Program-made: the position numbers and the translations under genes
Assembly (NCBI GenBank): GCA_902766925.1
Contig: CACXFL010000035.1
Location: forward strand, 1-57,665
DNA: 57,665 nt
Direction: 5' to 3'
From: an uncultured bacterium
GTDB lineage: Bacteria; Bdellovibrionota_B; Oligoflexia; Oligoflexales; CACXFL01
Shown here: piece by piece, positions 48,488 through 57,665 of the stretch
Layout: each line of letters opens with the position of its first letter
How positions within the stretch are numbered: the stretch's first letter is position 1
The notes under the pieces: model-generated
Databases searched by the model: none
Seen by the model: only the letters and a program-made list of their open reading frames with translations
Told to the model about the DNA's origin: nothing

Positions 48488-49465
48488 TTATCTTTGTTTA
48501 AACAGATATTCTATATCATACACAGATTCAGGCATGAATATATATCCAATTACCTTATCCTGAGTTACAAGATAGGTATCTTCAAGACGTACTCCAATAT
48601 CTTCACTCTCTATATAAATACCAGGACCAATTGATACTGTTCTTCCTACTGCTATAGGAATATTTTTAAATAAATTTGCTACTTTTCTATCAGTATAGTG
48701 AGCTATACTCCTTTTCATAAAATAATCCATGGTCAGTTCTTTTCCTGAGGTATCTCTTGCGGTAATACCTGATTTTCTTAAATAAGATAAAGCGATATCA
48801 TCAATATCATTCAGACTTGTTTTACCAGGAACTATGCTTTTTAGAACATGATTTAGGGTATCTAGTACTAGCTTATATATCTGCTTTTGTCTTTCTGTAA
48901 AAGTACCACTTACAGGATAAGTTCTTGAGATATCTCCGCAGTATCCATCTACCTTTGCTCCTACATTAACCAGTACTAAATCACCATAGTGAAGTTGTCT
49001 ACTTCCTGAATAATAGTTAATATTAGTACTATTTTTACCAGAAGCAACTACCCCTGAAAACGCTTCACCTGAGGCTTTTGATTCTTGGAAAGATGCTAAA
49101 GTTATTTGTTTTATTTCATCTTCACTTATACCTTCTCTTATATTTCTAATCACTTCAAGTTGAGCAGTTCTAGTAACTGATTGAGCTACTTGTAATCTTT
49201 TTTGAGCTTCGTTCATTACAATATCATTTCCTTCATCTTCTAGTGTTATTTTAAAATTAGCAGGAAAATATTTTCTTGCTTTAAATAACACTGATACAGG
49301 ATCTGAATCTTTATCCTTTACTGCAATAGAATCCAAAACATTATTATAAGTAGCTTCACTTACCTCATCTGAAGATTTAGGTAATTTGTGGACATAATCT
49401 TTACCACAAGAGGAAATAAAAAATAGTATAGATACTATAGCTACATAATAAGATATTCTAATCAT
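48488..49465 (-). CDS. M24-family Xaa-Pro aminopeptidase-like lipoprotein
   Basis: Lipobox FISS-C-GKD. Pita-bread core with HYGDLVLVNVGAKVDGYCGDISRTYPVSG and ...GPGIYIES..IGVRLEDTYLV. Confidence 0.75.
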   Translation of the reverse strand: MIRISYYVAIVSILFFISSCGKDYVHKLPKSSDEVSEATYNNVLDSIAVKDKDSDPVSVLFKARKYFPANFKITLEDEGNDIVMNEAQKRLQVAQSVTRTAQLEVIRNIREGISEDEIKQITLASFQESKASGEAFSGVVASGKNSTNINYYSGSRQLHYGDLVLVNVGAKVDGYCGDISRTYPVSGTFTERQKQIYKLVLDTLNHVLKSIVPGKTSLNDIDDIALSYLRKSGITARDTSGKELTMDYFMKRSIAHYTDRKVANLFKNIPIAVGRTVSIGPGIYIESEDIGVRLEDTYLVTQDKVIGYIFMPESVYDIEYLFKQR

Positions 49466-49707
49466 AATCTTTTCTCTCTTATTTTATAAACACTTAAAAA
49501 ACAACCAATTTCTACATCAATTCTAACTTATTTTTATAAACATGAGAAGTTATTCATCTATCTATTTTTGTTTGAGTTATTGATAAAATACCAATATTAC
49601 TTCAATAATTCTTTATACCTACACTCCCGCTTAGAATTTACCCTAAACTTTAGATTAGATAGTCCGATAGATCAGTGAATGGATTTTTATATATAAGAGG
49701 GGATTTT

Positions 49708-51828
49708 ATGATGCGTAAGTTTTTTATCTTAGTAGTATCTATGGGATTTATATTGATCAATTCATGTGGTCAAGAAGTAAATTTTGTTTCTAAAACTAGA
49801 AATGCTGATTCTCAAATTATTTATAATGCCGGAGAACTTCAAAAAGATGATGATCTTCCTTCTGGAATCTTAACTACACCCCCAGTTGATTATGATAATG
49901 AAGGACTTGATGAACTTCAAACTATCAGTAAACAATTTAAAACAACTGAATACACCGAAGATAATCTTACATTATCATTATCTAAACCTTATACTACACA
50001 TGAAATAGCTTTAGCGTATAATGAAGTACCTTCTTTTCAAGAATTACTTCAAGAAACAAGAGAAAAATACACTGATACCTTTACCCAAGGTACTAAAGGA
50101 TCTTTTGCTTCTGAAATAAAAACTACAGACCCTTCTAAGGGAGCCTTAGATCTTTTAATTGTTATTGATAACTCTCAATCTATGAAAGAAGAACAAGCTA
50201 ACCTTGGTTCTAAACTTCAATCTCTTCTTACTTATATAGATGATTCAGATTGGAGAATTGGGGTTAACACCACAGACCCTGCTGGAGGATGCCTAAGAGC
50301 TCTCATTAAAAAAGGTGATGAAAACATAGATGAAATATTCTCTAAAGCTATTAACGCTGGAGCAAGTGGATCTGGATATGAAAAAGGAATCCTAATGGCC
50401 AAAGCTGGTATTGCTCCAGGTTGTATTACTCCTAACTGGGTAAGGGACAATTCTACTCTAGCTGTTTTAATAGTTAGTGATGAAGATAACTGTAGTTTTA
50501 ACGGTCAAGATTGTAGAGGAAAAGCTTATGCTAGAGAAAGTTATCTTATAGATTATCTAAAAACGGTACGTAAAGTTGGTGTAGATGCTAGAGTATACGG
50601 TATTATTTGGCATCCTGATACTCCTCGATCAGAATGTCCTACAGCATATAACCAAGCTCATGTTTATTCCCGTGCTATAGCCCAAACAGGTGGTAAATGG
50701 GGTTCAATCTGTGATACCGATTACTCCCAAACTCTTCAAGCAATATCTGCTGATGTAGCAAAAATCTTAAAAAAACAATACACATTGGATAATCTTCCAA
50801 GTGGAGCTGGAGTTAAAGTATTCATAAATGATCAAGAAGTTAAAAATGGATTCAATCAAGAAGAAAAGAATGTAACTTTCGATAACCTTGACAATTCTAT
50901 TGAAACTATTAGATTTGAATACTACTATAACGATTCTCCTATACTAAAAACATTTAAGTTAAAACAAAAAGCATTTGAAGGATGGTTTGAAGTGTATGTT
51001 AACGATAAATTAATGGATCCTTCTACTTATACCTATTCTAAAGAATTAAACGCTATAGAATTTGTATCTGCTCCAGAAGATAATGCTAAAATTATAGTAA
51101 ACTACAAAGAAGATAAGATCTTAAATAATCAATTTAAGATTGCTCCTAAAGAAATGAACTTAGATTCTCTTACAGTTAGTGTAGATGGAGTTCAAGCAGA
51201 ACCAGATACTTACGCATTTGATGTAGCAAATTCAACTCTAACCTTTGTTCTTCCTCCACCAGAAGGATCAAAAGTTACTGTAGCTTATAATGAACTTCAT
51301 AAAAAATTAGATTATGAATTTATCTTTGATCTTTCTACTCTTAAAGGACTTAAAATAACCGATAAATCAACAGGTGAAGAAGTAGCTTATAACTACGATA
51401 AAAATGTATTAAAGATTGAAGAAGATTTATTTGAAAATGGAAAAGTGTTGAATCTTACCTTTGAAGATCCTACAAAAGATGAAGGAGGAGTAACTCTACT
51501 TCATCAAGTGGTAGAAGGAACCTTAAGTATTAAATGTCATAAGGATAGTTGTCCTCTTCTAGATTATGAACTAAATGGTACATCTCTATATATTAAATCT
51601 GGTGTAAAAGATGATTCTGAAGTTGATGTATCATACCAATATATATCATCTAGAAGAAAAACTTTTGTAGTAGATGAAGTTAATAAAGAAGATATCTATT
51701 TCTGGGATGTTTATGTTGATGGAGTTCCTGCAGATCCTGAAGATTATGATATAAATGAAAATACTATATCATTTAAAGATTGGCTTCCACTTGATTCTGT
51801 AGTTATGGTAAGTGTATATAAAGGATAA
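49708..51828 (+). CDS. von Willebrand factor A domain lipoprotein with a long beta-rich C-terminal region
   Basis: AAGAGGGG RBS before the ATG at 49708 (track start is GTG 49675). Signal plus lipobox MMRKFFILVVSMGFILINS-C-GQ. MIDAS motif LDLLIVIDNSQSMKEE (D-x-S-x-S), and later LAVLIVSDEDN. Confidence 0.8.
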   Translation: MMRKFFILVVSMGFILINSCGQEVNFVSKTRNADSQIIYNAGELQKDDDLPSGILTTPPVDYDNEGLDELQTISKQFKTTEYTEDNLTLSLSKPYTTHEIALAYNEVPSFQELLQETREKYTDTFTQGTKGSFASEIKTTDPSKGALDLLIVIDNSQSMKEEQANLGSKLQSLLTYIDDSDWRIGVNTTDPAGGCLRALIKKGDENIDEIFSKAINAGASGSGYEKGILMAKAGIAPGCITPNWVRDNSTLAVLIVSDEDNCSFNGQDCRGKAYARESYLIDYLKTVRKVGVDARVYGIIWHPDTPRSECPTAYNQAHVYSRAIAQTGGKWGSICDTDYSQTLQAISADVAKILKKQYTLDNLPSGAGVKVFINDQEVKNGFNQEEKNVTFDNLDNSIETIRFEYYYNDSPILKTFKLKQKAFEGWFEVYVNDKLMDPSTYTYSKELNAIEFVSAPEDNAKIIVNYKEDKILNNQFKIAPKEMNLDSLTVSVDGVQAEPDTYAFDVANSTLTFVLPPPEGSKVTVAYNELHKKLDYEFIFDLSTLKGLKITDKSTGEEVAYNYDKNVLKIEEDLFENGKVLNLTFEDPTKDEGGVTLLHQVVEGTLSIKCHKDSCPLLDYELNGTSLYIKSGVKDDSEVDVSYQYISSRRKTFVVDEVNKEDIYFWDVYVDGVPADPEDYDINENTISFKDWLPLDSVVMVSVYKG

Positions 51829-51851
51829 AGATTAATACGATATATAAATTT

Positions 51852-51890
51852 AAAAGGAGGAAATAATACTTTGTTTCCTCCTTTTTTATA
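51852..51890 (+). terminator. Rho-independent terminator
   Basis: AAAAGGAGGAAA (51852-51863) pairs with TTTCCTCCTTTT (51874-51885), followed by more T residues. It lies 24 nt after the vWA gene stop. Confidence 0.8.
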
Positions 51891-51975
51891 TTTTTAATTT
51901 CAATAATTGTATGTAAATATACATTCACATTTTATAGTTGTGTCAAGTTTTAAATATAAATTTATAACAGAATTA

Positions 51976-52455
51976 TTATTCTTTTTTTAATTTCATTCCA
52001 TTTTTAACAGAAGGTATTGTACTAGTTTTCAAATGATCATATTCATTCCAATAAAGGTTGGATCCTGAAGTTTGTACTATTACATATAAATCATCAACTC
52101 TATCAAAATCTTCCATATTATCAGATTTACGTATATCAGTAGTAATATCCTTAGATTCGCCGAGTTTCCATGTTTCATAACCAAAAGCTTGTTGATTATA
52201 ATGATTTACAAGAGAAGAACTTTACAAAGTTAATGAAGCTGAAACTAATTTTTCACTATATATATTAGCTCCATTATACTCCTTTACTTTTGTAAGTTTT
52301 ACCCTTCTTTTAAAAACATAGCTTAGTTCTAAATACCTAGCATCATCACTATTTATTTTGTTACCAGTATCATACCTGTTTATTTCTACATCTACTGAAG
52401 AACCTTGTATAGTTAACTTAACTTTATCAAAATGAAAAATATCCCCTTTGAAACC
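51976..52455 (-). pseudogene. Decayed copy of the local lipoprotein family (homologous to 53033..53671), with no signal peptide and an internal stop
   Basis: My reverse-strand translation is GFKGDIFHFDKVKLTIQGSSVDVEINRYD...KVKEYNGANIYSEKLVSASLTL*SSSLVNHYNQQAFGYETWKLGESKDITTDIRK...LYVIVQTSGSNLYWNEYDHLKTSTIPSVKNG. It is collinear with KFSIQGPVLYTEVNWY...KIKEYKGGTVFDGRLSSATATIYTQDLVNMYNNSSWYGYSDWKTGESKDITSQ.... There is an in-frame TAA at 52222-52224 and a TAG at 52456-52458 upstream. Confidence 0.7.
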
Positions 52456-52502
52456 CTACAAGTAAGAATTATAAATTCAATTATTAATATAGTTATATAT
52501 TA

Positions 52503-52988
52503 TTATTTTATCACTGAAGGATGAAGTTTAGTTACATCTTTTACTACTCCTTTAAAACTAGTACCAGTTTCGGAAAAACATACGATTATTTCTAAAGGAA
52601 TATTAACGAATTCTTCAGAATCACTGTACCCCATAAAAGCTAGTGTCGATCTTTTACTATTTATTATCTTACATAATTCTGAGATATCATTCCCTGTAAT
52701 TTCTTCATCCCAACTTTGAGCATATACCAGACCTTGTTCTTTATAAGGGCACTTATAAGAATACATCGAAATTCCATTTATATTCATTGGTCCTATTGCA
52801 CTACATTCATCATCTATAATCTGTGATACTCGTATCCTGGTAGGTGTTTGTAATACAGAAGAATCAGTATCACTATCCATGGAAGAAAGTTTACTTGTAG
52901 ATTTACAAGAAAAAGATAAAGTTGATACTAAACAAATAGTAATTATAACAAATAAGAAGCGTTGTAACATAATAATAACCTCCTTCAA
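52503..52988 (-). CDS. Small Cys-containing lipoprotein, unknown function
   Basis: Signal plus lipobox MLQRFLFVIITICLVSTLSFS-C-KST. No family recognised. Confidence 0.55.
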   Translation of the reverse strand: MKEVIIMLQRFLFVIITICLVSTLSFSCKSTSKLSSMDSDTDSSVLQTPTRIRVSQIIDDECSAIGPMNINGISMYSYKCPYKEQGLVYAQSWDEEITGNDISELCKIINSKRSTLAFMGYSDSEEFVNIPLEIIVCFSETGTSFKGVVKDVTKLHPSVIK

Positions 52989-53032
52989 AAAAAGTTTATT
53001 ATAAATAATTCCTAGATTACATAAATTGCGTA

Positions 53033-53671
53033 CTAGTTATCTTTACGAAATCTTGTAGCATCCTCTACAGATGGATTCAAATCACCTTTCAAAGGATCAT
53101 ACGAGTTAACATACAGAGTAGATCCGTCTAATTTTAAAAACGTATAAGTACCATCATCTTTTTCTTCATTACGTAACTGACTTGTAATATCCTTTGATTC
53201 CCCTGTTTTCCAATCAGAGTATCCATACCATGATGAGTTATTATACATATTTACTAAGTCTTGAGTATATATAGTAGCTGTTGCTGAAGATAGCCTTCCA
53301 TCAAATACAGTACCACCTTTATATTCTTTAATCTTAGTGAGAATTGTTTGTTTTGTTACTTTATATATTAAATTTCCTGAACACGTAATATTAGAATACC
53401 AATTAACCTCAGTATACAACACAGGTCCTTGAATACTAAATTTCCCATCCGAAGATCTAATTTCTCCTGAACCTGATTCATTAGTACATAAAGAAGAATA
53501 CTTACCATCAAACACTTGATCTACTTTATCTGATGGTGTTTGTTGATTATTTCCCGATTGATATGTCACTGGTCCAGAAATATCATGTTTTATTGTTCGT
53601 GCTGGCTTACAAGAAAAGCTAACTTCACAAATTAATACAATTGATAATATCACCGATATATTTAATCTCAT
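53033..53671 (-). CDS. Lipoprotein, single-domain member of a local paralog family
   Basis: Signal plus lipobox ILSIVLICEVSFS-C-KP. Shares ...YGYSDWKTGESKDIT...LDGSTLYVNSYDP..GDLNPSVEDA... with 54625..55725 and the pseudogene at 51976..52455. Confidence 0.65.
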   Translation of the reverse strand: MRLNISVILSIVLICEVSFSCKPARTIKHDISGPVTYQSGNNQQTPSDKVDQVFDGKYSSLCTNESGSGEIRSSDGKFSIQGPVLYTEVNWYSNITCSGNLIYKVTKQTILTKIKEYKGGTVFDGRLSSATATIYTQDLVNMYNNSSWYGYSDWKTGESKDITSQLRNEEKDDGTYTFLKLDGSTLYVNSYDPLKGDLNPSVEDATRFRKDN

Positions 53672-53989
53672 AAAAACTCCTACTATAAAAACAGTATATA
53701 AATACTATTAACAACCAATCTATTTTTTTATCTGACATTACTCTAAAGCCACAAAACTTCTTCCCTGAAATAAGTAGATATTTTTTATTTTACAATAGAG
53801 TATTAAAAAGTTGCACTAAATTATGATTAATCGACTCTGTTACCTTATTTTGTTTCGAAAAATTTTATACTACTTACATAATATATTAATAATAAAAACT
53901 ATTTTCCCTCATCAATATAGTACCTAACAGTAGACAACGGATACATAATAAGGTAGACAGAAACCGATTTATTAACGTTTTTATAATAA

Positions 53990-54523
53990 AATTTAAGAGG
54001 TTTTTATGAAGATGGATCTCTAAATCCTTTATTATATAGAGATACTGTTGGATATCGTAAATTTGGAGAAGTAAATGATCAGGTTAATGGAACTATACCT
54101 GTAGTAACTTGTACCACTTCAGATCATGCTATAGCTTGTATACGTGAAGATGGATCTGTAATAAGTTGGGGATTAGTATACGGTTATGATTGGAGGGATT
54201 GGAACTTATATTCTACATCATCATCCCAGGTTGTATCATTTAATCAGGTTCAGGATAAACTTGATGGTTAAATTCCAGTAATTTCAATTACAGCTTCTGA
54301 TCATGCATTTACAGCACTTTGAGAAGATGGATCTATCGTAGTATGGGGAAGTATTCTTTCAGGTGGTATATCAAAAGATACGCTCTCTCTTCTTTCTAAT
54401 AAGAAATATTCTAAGGTATATTCAGGACGTGGTGGATTTATTGATATTACTTCTTCAGATGATAAATTCTATACTTTAGATAAATCTTTTCCTCAAGTTT
54501 GGGGATGCGTATATAAAGATTAA
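53990..54523 (+). pseudogene. 5'-truncated remnant of a beta-propeller (RCC1-like) repeat protein with two in-frame stops
   Basis: The frame reads ...GFYEDGSLNPLLY...IPVVTCTTSDHAIACIREDGSVISWG...DKLDG*IPVISITASDHAFTAL*EDGSIVVWGS...GFIDITSSDDKFYTLDKSFPQVWG.... The repeat unit I-x-x-x-x-x-AF-x-AL-x-EDGS-V-x-WG is evident. TAA is at 54269-54271 and TGA at 54320-54322. There is no start codon or RBS. Confidence 0.65.
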
Positions 54524-54624
54524 TATCAATACTTTCACTACCGGGGTACTATGTAAATTTTAAGTAAATATCATAAAAGTTACACAGTACCTCAATAGAA
54601 TTTTTTTTCATAACCTTAATCCAT

Positions 54625-55725
54625 CTATTCAACTCTTATAAGTTCCATATCATCTCTATATACACTCTGTGTTTTTGGATCAAAGTCGTTAATATATAAT
54701 TTATTTCCAATAATTTTAACTATATCATACGCAATCTGTCTAAGATTCATAACACTACTAATATCCTTTTCAACACCTATCTCCCATCCATCCTTTTCAG
54801 TTACAGACTTCCAATTCTCTAGTTGAGACTCATTATATACCGTAGCTTTATATGAACTTCCAGTTTCTTCTATTATATTATATTCTCCAAACTGTCCTAT
54901 TTGTGTATATTTTAATATTCCTACAACTTGATATAATTTATTTTCTTCATCACAACTTGTATGATAGTAAGTATTTGTAGTAATAATTGTAGAATTAGTA
55001 AACTCAGCTCTTTGAACACGATATCTATCGGTTTCAGCCATACATTCTGTTTCAAAGGTTCCGGATAAATCTACAGTCTCAAAAGGTTCTTTAGGTTCCA
55101 CCGGTTCACTACCAGCTTTATAATAAATATCGGTAGTATCGCTATCATCTACACTAGGATTATTGTCTCCAAGTTTTAACCTATAACCGTTCATATAAAG
55201 AGTATTTCCATCAAGTTTAATGGTATAATACTCTGTATAACTCTCATCTTCTTTACTTTTTAGTAAAAAATCTTGTGTAATATTTTTTTCTTCTTCTACA
55301 GTCCAGTCTTTATATCCTGAATCTTCTACACTATTTAAGTAATTAGCATAATAAGAATCATATACACTTACTTTAATAGATTCTAATCTTTCTTTAATAA
55401 GTGTTTCTCCTTTATATTCTCCTGATATATCCAAAAGGTATATACCTTCTATTTTTTCTACAATATTTTCTTCCTTACATCCTAAACCATAATGAGTTGT
55501 TTCAACTATTTTTACCTTTGAATCTTTAATATTCAATTTGGAAACCACTGATATTCCATCATCAAACTCACATTTTGATGTATAATCACCGTTTAGATAT
55601 GCTAATTTCCCTTCTTCTCTATAGGAAATATCTTCCTTACCATTGTCACTACCATCTTCTCCACAAGATATTAACCCTATAGATATGAATACAAAAATTA
55701 ACGACACTAAATTTTTTTTAATCAT
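54625..55725 (-). CDS. Lipoprotein, two-domain member of the local paralog family
   Basis: Lipobox GLIS-C-GEDG. It has two tandem copies of the domain seen in 53033..53671 (...SGYKDWTVEEEKNIT...LDGNTLYMNGY..LGDNNPSVDD..., then ...KDGWEIGVEKDIS...IGNKLYINDFDP...). Confidence 0.65.
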   Translation of the reverse strand: MIKKNLVSLIFVFISIGLISCGEDGSDNGKEDISYREEGKLAYLNGDYTSKCEFDDGISVVSKLNIKDSKVKIVETTHYGLGCKEENIVEKIEGIYLLDISGEYKGETLIKERLESIKVSVYDSYYANYLNSVEDSGYKDWTVEEEKNITQDFLLKSKEDESYTEYYTIKLDGNTLYMNGYRLKLGDNNPSVDDSDTTDIYYKAGSEPVEPKEPFETVDLSGTFETECMAETDRYRVQRAEFTNSTIITTNTYYHTSCDEENKLYQVVGILKYTQIGQFGEYNIIEETGSSYKATVYNESQLENWKSVTEKDGWEIGVEKDISSVMNLRQIAYDIVKIIGNKLYINDFDPKTQSVYRDDMELIRVE

Positions 55726-55756
55726 AATAACTACCTATTGTTCAAAATTTTTTCGA

Positions 55757-56443
55757 TTAATTACTAATCTTTTCCACGAAATGATCTACTTTATCTGTCA
55801 TTCCTAAAAGCATAATTCTATCCTTCTCCTTAAATAACATATTAGGAGAAGGGGGAATACAAACCTGTTCTTTTCCTGAATTATCTATGGTTTTTACTCC
55901 TACTACATTTAGTTCATATTTTGATCTAAAATCTAGACTGATAAGACTTTGGCCTATAAATTCTTCAGGTATATTTACTTCTACAAAAGATACATCTCCT
56001 GACAGGGACATATGATCCACAAGATTTGGAGTAATAAGTTGACGAAAAAGGTGTTCTGCAATGTCTTTTTCAGGAAATACAGTAATATCAGCACCAATAA
56101 GTTTAATAGCTTCAGATTTTTCCTCAGTATCCACTTGGACTATAATTTTTTTAATATGTTTTTCATTTTTTAATTTATAAGTTAAAAGAGTAGCTACTTC
56201 AAAAGAGCGACGGAGTCCAATAATAACAATATCCGTTTGAAATACTCCCAGTCTTTCTAGTACATCCCAATCCATAAGATCTGCTTCAATTGCTTGAGTA
56301 ACACTCTCAGATATTTTATGAACCAAAGCTGGATTTTTATCAATTGCAATAACTGAAGCTCCAGCTTCAGACAAAGAGGTAGCCATCTTCATTCCAAATC
56401 TTGAGAGTCCTAGTACTGAAAAACTGTGTTTAATTCTTGCCAT
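55757..56443 (-). CDS. Trk/Ktr potassium uptake system, peripheral RCK (NAD-binding) subunit
   Basis: FSVLGLSRFGMKMATSLSEAGASVIAIDKN (Rossmann GxGxxG-like, TrkA_N) plus a C-terminal TrkA_C-type domain (...VEVNIPEEFIGQSLISLDFRSKYELNVVGV...). At 228 aa it is KtrA-sized. Confidence 0.8.
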   Translation of the reverse strand: MARIKHSFSVLGLSRFGMKMATSLSEAGASVIAIDKNPALVHKISESVTQAIEADLMDWDVLERLGVFQTDIVIIGLRRSFEVATLLTYKLKNEKHIKKIIVQVDTEEKSEAIKLIGADITVFPEKDIAEHLFRQLITPNLVDHMSLSGDVSFVEVNIPEEFIGQSLISLDFRSKYELNVVGVKTIDNSGKEQVCIPPSPNMLFKEKDRIMLLGMTDKVDHFVEKISN

Positions 56444-56459
56444 ATTTAAACCTTTCTTT

Positions 56460-57665
56460 CTACCCTACTAATATATTTGCAGGAGGATATTTATAATCTA
56501 GACTTCTTCTAGTTCCTATAACTGAAGCTATAATTACTATAGCTCCTAGTCTTCCTATAAACATACAACCCATAATTATACAAAGTCCTGGATTTGATAG
56601 TGATTCTGTAACCCCAGTTGAAAGACCTACTGTAGATAGAGCTGAGATTACTTCAAATAGATGCTTTATAAATACACCTCGGGTATCCTGAGCTACTACC
56701 CCATAAAGTTCTGTAAACTGCAAAAGTACCAGTGCAGTAACAGCTAGAATACAGTAGATAAAAACAACTGTCATAGCCTTACTTACTATCTTAGAAGGCA
56801 CTCTTCTATACATTATCTCTACACTTGAGCGATTTGTGAGTTGGGATCTAAGCATTCCACATAAAATTGCAAAAGTAGTAATTTTAATTCCCCCTGCAGT
56901 AGATCCAGGGGAAGCTCCTATAAACATAATAAGACATATTATAATCAAAGACATATTAGTAAGAGAGTTCATATCTACTTGGGAAAAACCTGCTGTTCTA
57001 GAAGCTATTGCAATAAACAAGGACTCAAATATCCTTATATTAAGTTCTGGATCCATCCGAGAGTTTTCAATTTCTAGAATAAAGATAGCTATAGAACTTA
57101 CTACAATAATAATACCAGTAAATACTAAAATTATTTTAGAATGAAGTAAAAGTTTTCTTCTCCTTTTTCTAAAAAAGGCCAGTACACTTGCTCCAACATC
57201 TGCTGAAACTAAAAATCCAATACCTCCAAATAATACGAGTATTGCTATAACAATATTTAAGTACCACTGACTAGAAAACGAGGCTAAACTATCAGGAAAG
57301 AGGGTAAATCCAGAATTACAAAAAGCAGATATTGAATGAAACACCGAGTATTTAATAGCTGTAGCTACTGACATATCTCTAATAAAGTAGAAAAATAAAA
57401 ATAGAGCTCCAATAAGTTCAATTCCTAAGGTATAAACAAGAGTAGATTTAATAATAAATCCTGGATTAAATCCTTTGTTAGATCCAAGCATATCTGCTAT
57501 TACCATAGATTCCTTGGTACTTAGTGATCCACTTAAAGAAAGCATTATCCAGTTTGAAAAACAAAAGATTCCTATTCCTCCTAGTTCTACAAGACATATA
57601 AGAATAATCTGTCCAGTATTTGAAAGAGTAGTACCTACATCCATTACAGATAACCCCGTAACACA
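56460..57665 (-). CDS. Trk/Ktr potassium uptake system membrane subunit (TrkH/KtrB family), N-terminus outside the window
   Basis: Polytopic protein with repeated pore-loop motifs (SAFCNSGFTL, RTAGFSQVD, PGSTAGGIKITT, STVGLSTG). The frame stays open upstream of the annotated ATG 57644 through to 57665 (CVTGLSV-MDVG...), so the gene is 5'-truncated by the window end. Confidence 0.85.
   Translation of the reverse strand, partial: CVTGLSVMDVGTTLSNTGQIILICLVELGGIGIFCFSNWIMLSLSGSLSTKESMVIADMLGSNKGFNPGFIIKSTLVYTLGIELIGALFLFFYFIRDMSVATAIKYSVFHSISAFCNSGFTLFPDSLASFSSQWYLNIVIAILVLFGGIGFLVSADVGASVLAFFRKRRRKLLLHSKIILVFTGIIIVVSSIAIFILEIENSRMDPELNIRIFESLFIAIASRTAGFSQVDMNSLTNMSLIIICLIMFIGASPGSTAGGIKITTFAILCGMLRSQLTNRSSVEIMYRRVPSKIVSKAMTVVFIYCILAVTALVLLQFTELYGVVAQDTRGVFIKHLFEVISALSTVGLSTGVTESLSNPGLCIIMGCMFIGRLGAIVIIASVIGTRRSLDYKYPPANILVG

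Noticed and set aside
54269-54322. In-frame TGA and TAA as evidence of an alternative genetic code or programmed recoding
   Set aside because: TGA clearly serves as a normal stop elsewhere in the window (for example, gene 5630..6130 ends in TGA at 6128-6130). The fragment has no start codon or N-terminus and sits next to another decayed gene. Ordinary pseudogenisation is the simpler explanation.
6323-57144. Short antisense or overlapping ORFs nested in larger genes: 6323..6508, 7410..7703, 7944..8204, 18595..18798, 19319..19504, 23453..23650, 25019..25312, 27882..28073, 29215..29406, 31970..32284, 36545..36745, 37633..37821, 38812..39126, 43938..44228, 50232..50450 and 56836..57144
   Set aside because: Each lies entirely inside, or mostly overlaps, a much longer ORF on the other strand that has clear homology or operon context. 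They have low-complexity I/L/F/S-rich composition and no RBS, which is typical of antisense frames in AT-rich DNA.

Overview
AT-rich bacterial chromosomal window (about 30% G+C by eye, not computed) with Gram-negative-type gene content: YidC with a large periplasmic domain, lipoproteins, and a Tad pilus locus. The MglA-like GTPase, DapL and Tad genes would fit a Bdellovibrionota/Oligoflexia-like lineage, but this is only a guess. 1-18.7 kb is mostly housekeeping: an S1-domain protein, tRNA-Ala(GGC), SRP RNA, dnaX, an MglA-like GTPase module, the mnmE-jag-yidC-yidD-rnpA-rpmH cluster, a membrane-protein/hydrolase operon, tmRNA, and an acyl-ACP thioesterase-like gene. 18.9-35.3 kb is the standout region. 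It holds a head-to-tail array of four very large paralogous ORFs (about 1,340-1,380 aa). Each has an N-terminal signal-like hydrophobic segment, a long body with no family I recognise, and a conserved C-terminal PD-(D/E)xK module (GYD ... EVK) that looks DUF3883-like. This is my best candidate for an undescribed system. 35.4-38.5 kb carries argS and dapL. 38.5-47.6 kb is an atypical Tad/Flp-type pilus operon: CpaB, FHA-like TadA, TadB, TadC, an embedded beta-barrel protein and three TadE/G-like pseudopilins. I could not find a pilin, prepilin peptidase, secretin or TadZ in it. The rest holds DedA, an M24 peptidase lipoprotein, a vWA lipoprotein, a small lipoprotein paralog family with one decayed copy, a beta-propeller-repeat pseudogene, and a Trk/Ktr potassium uptake pair truncated by the window end. 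I saw no CRISPR array, transposase, integrase or rRNA.
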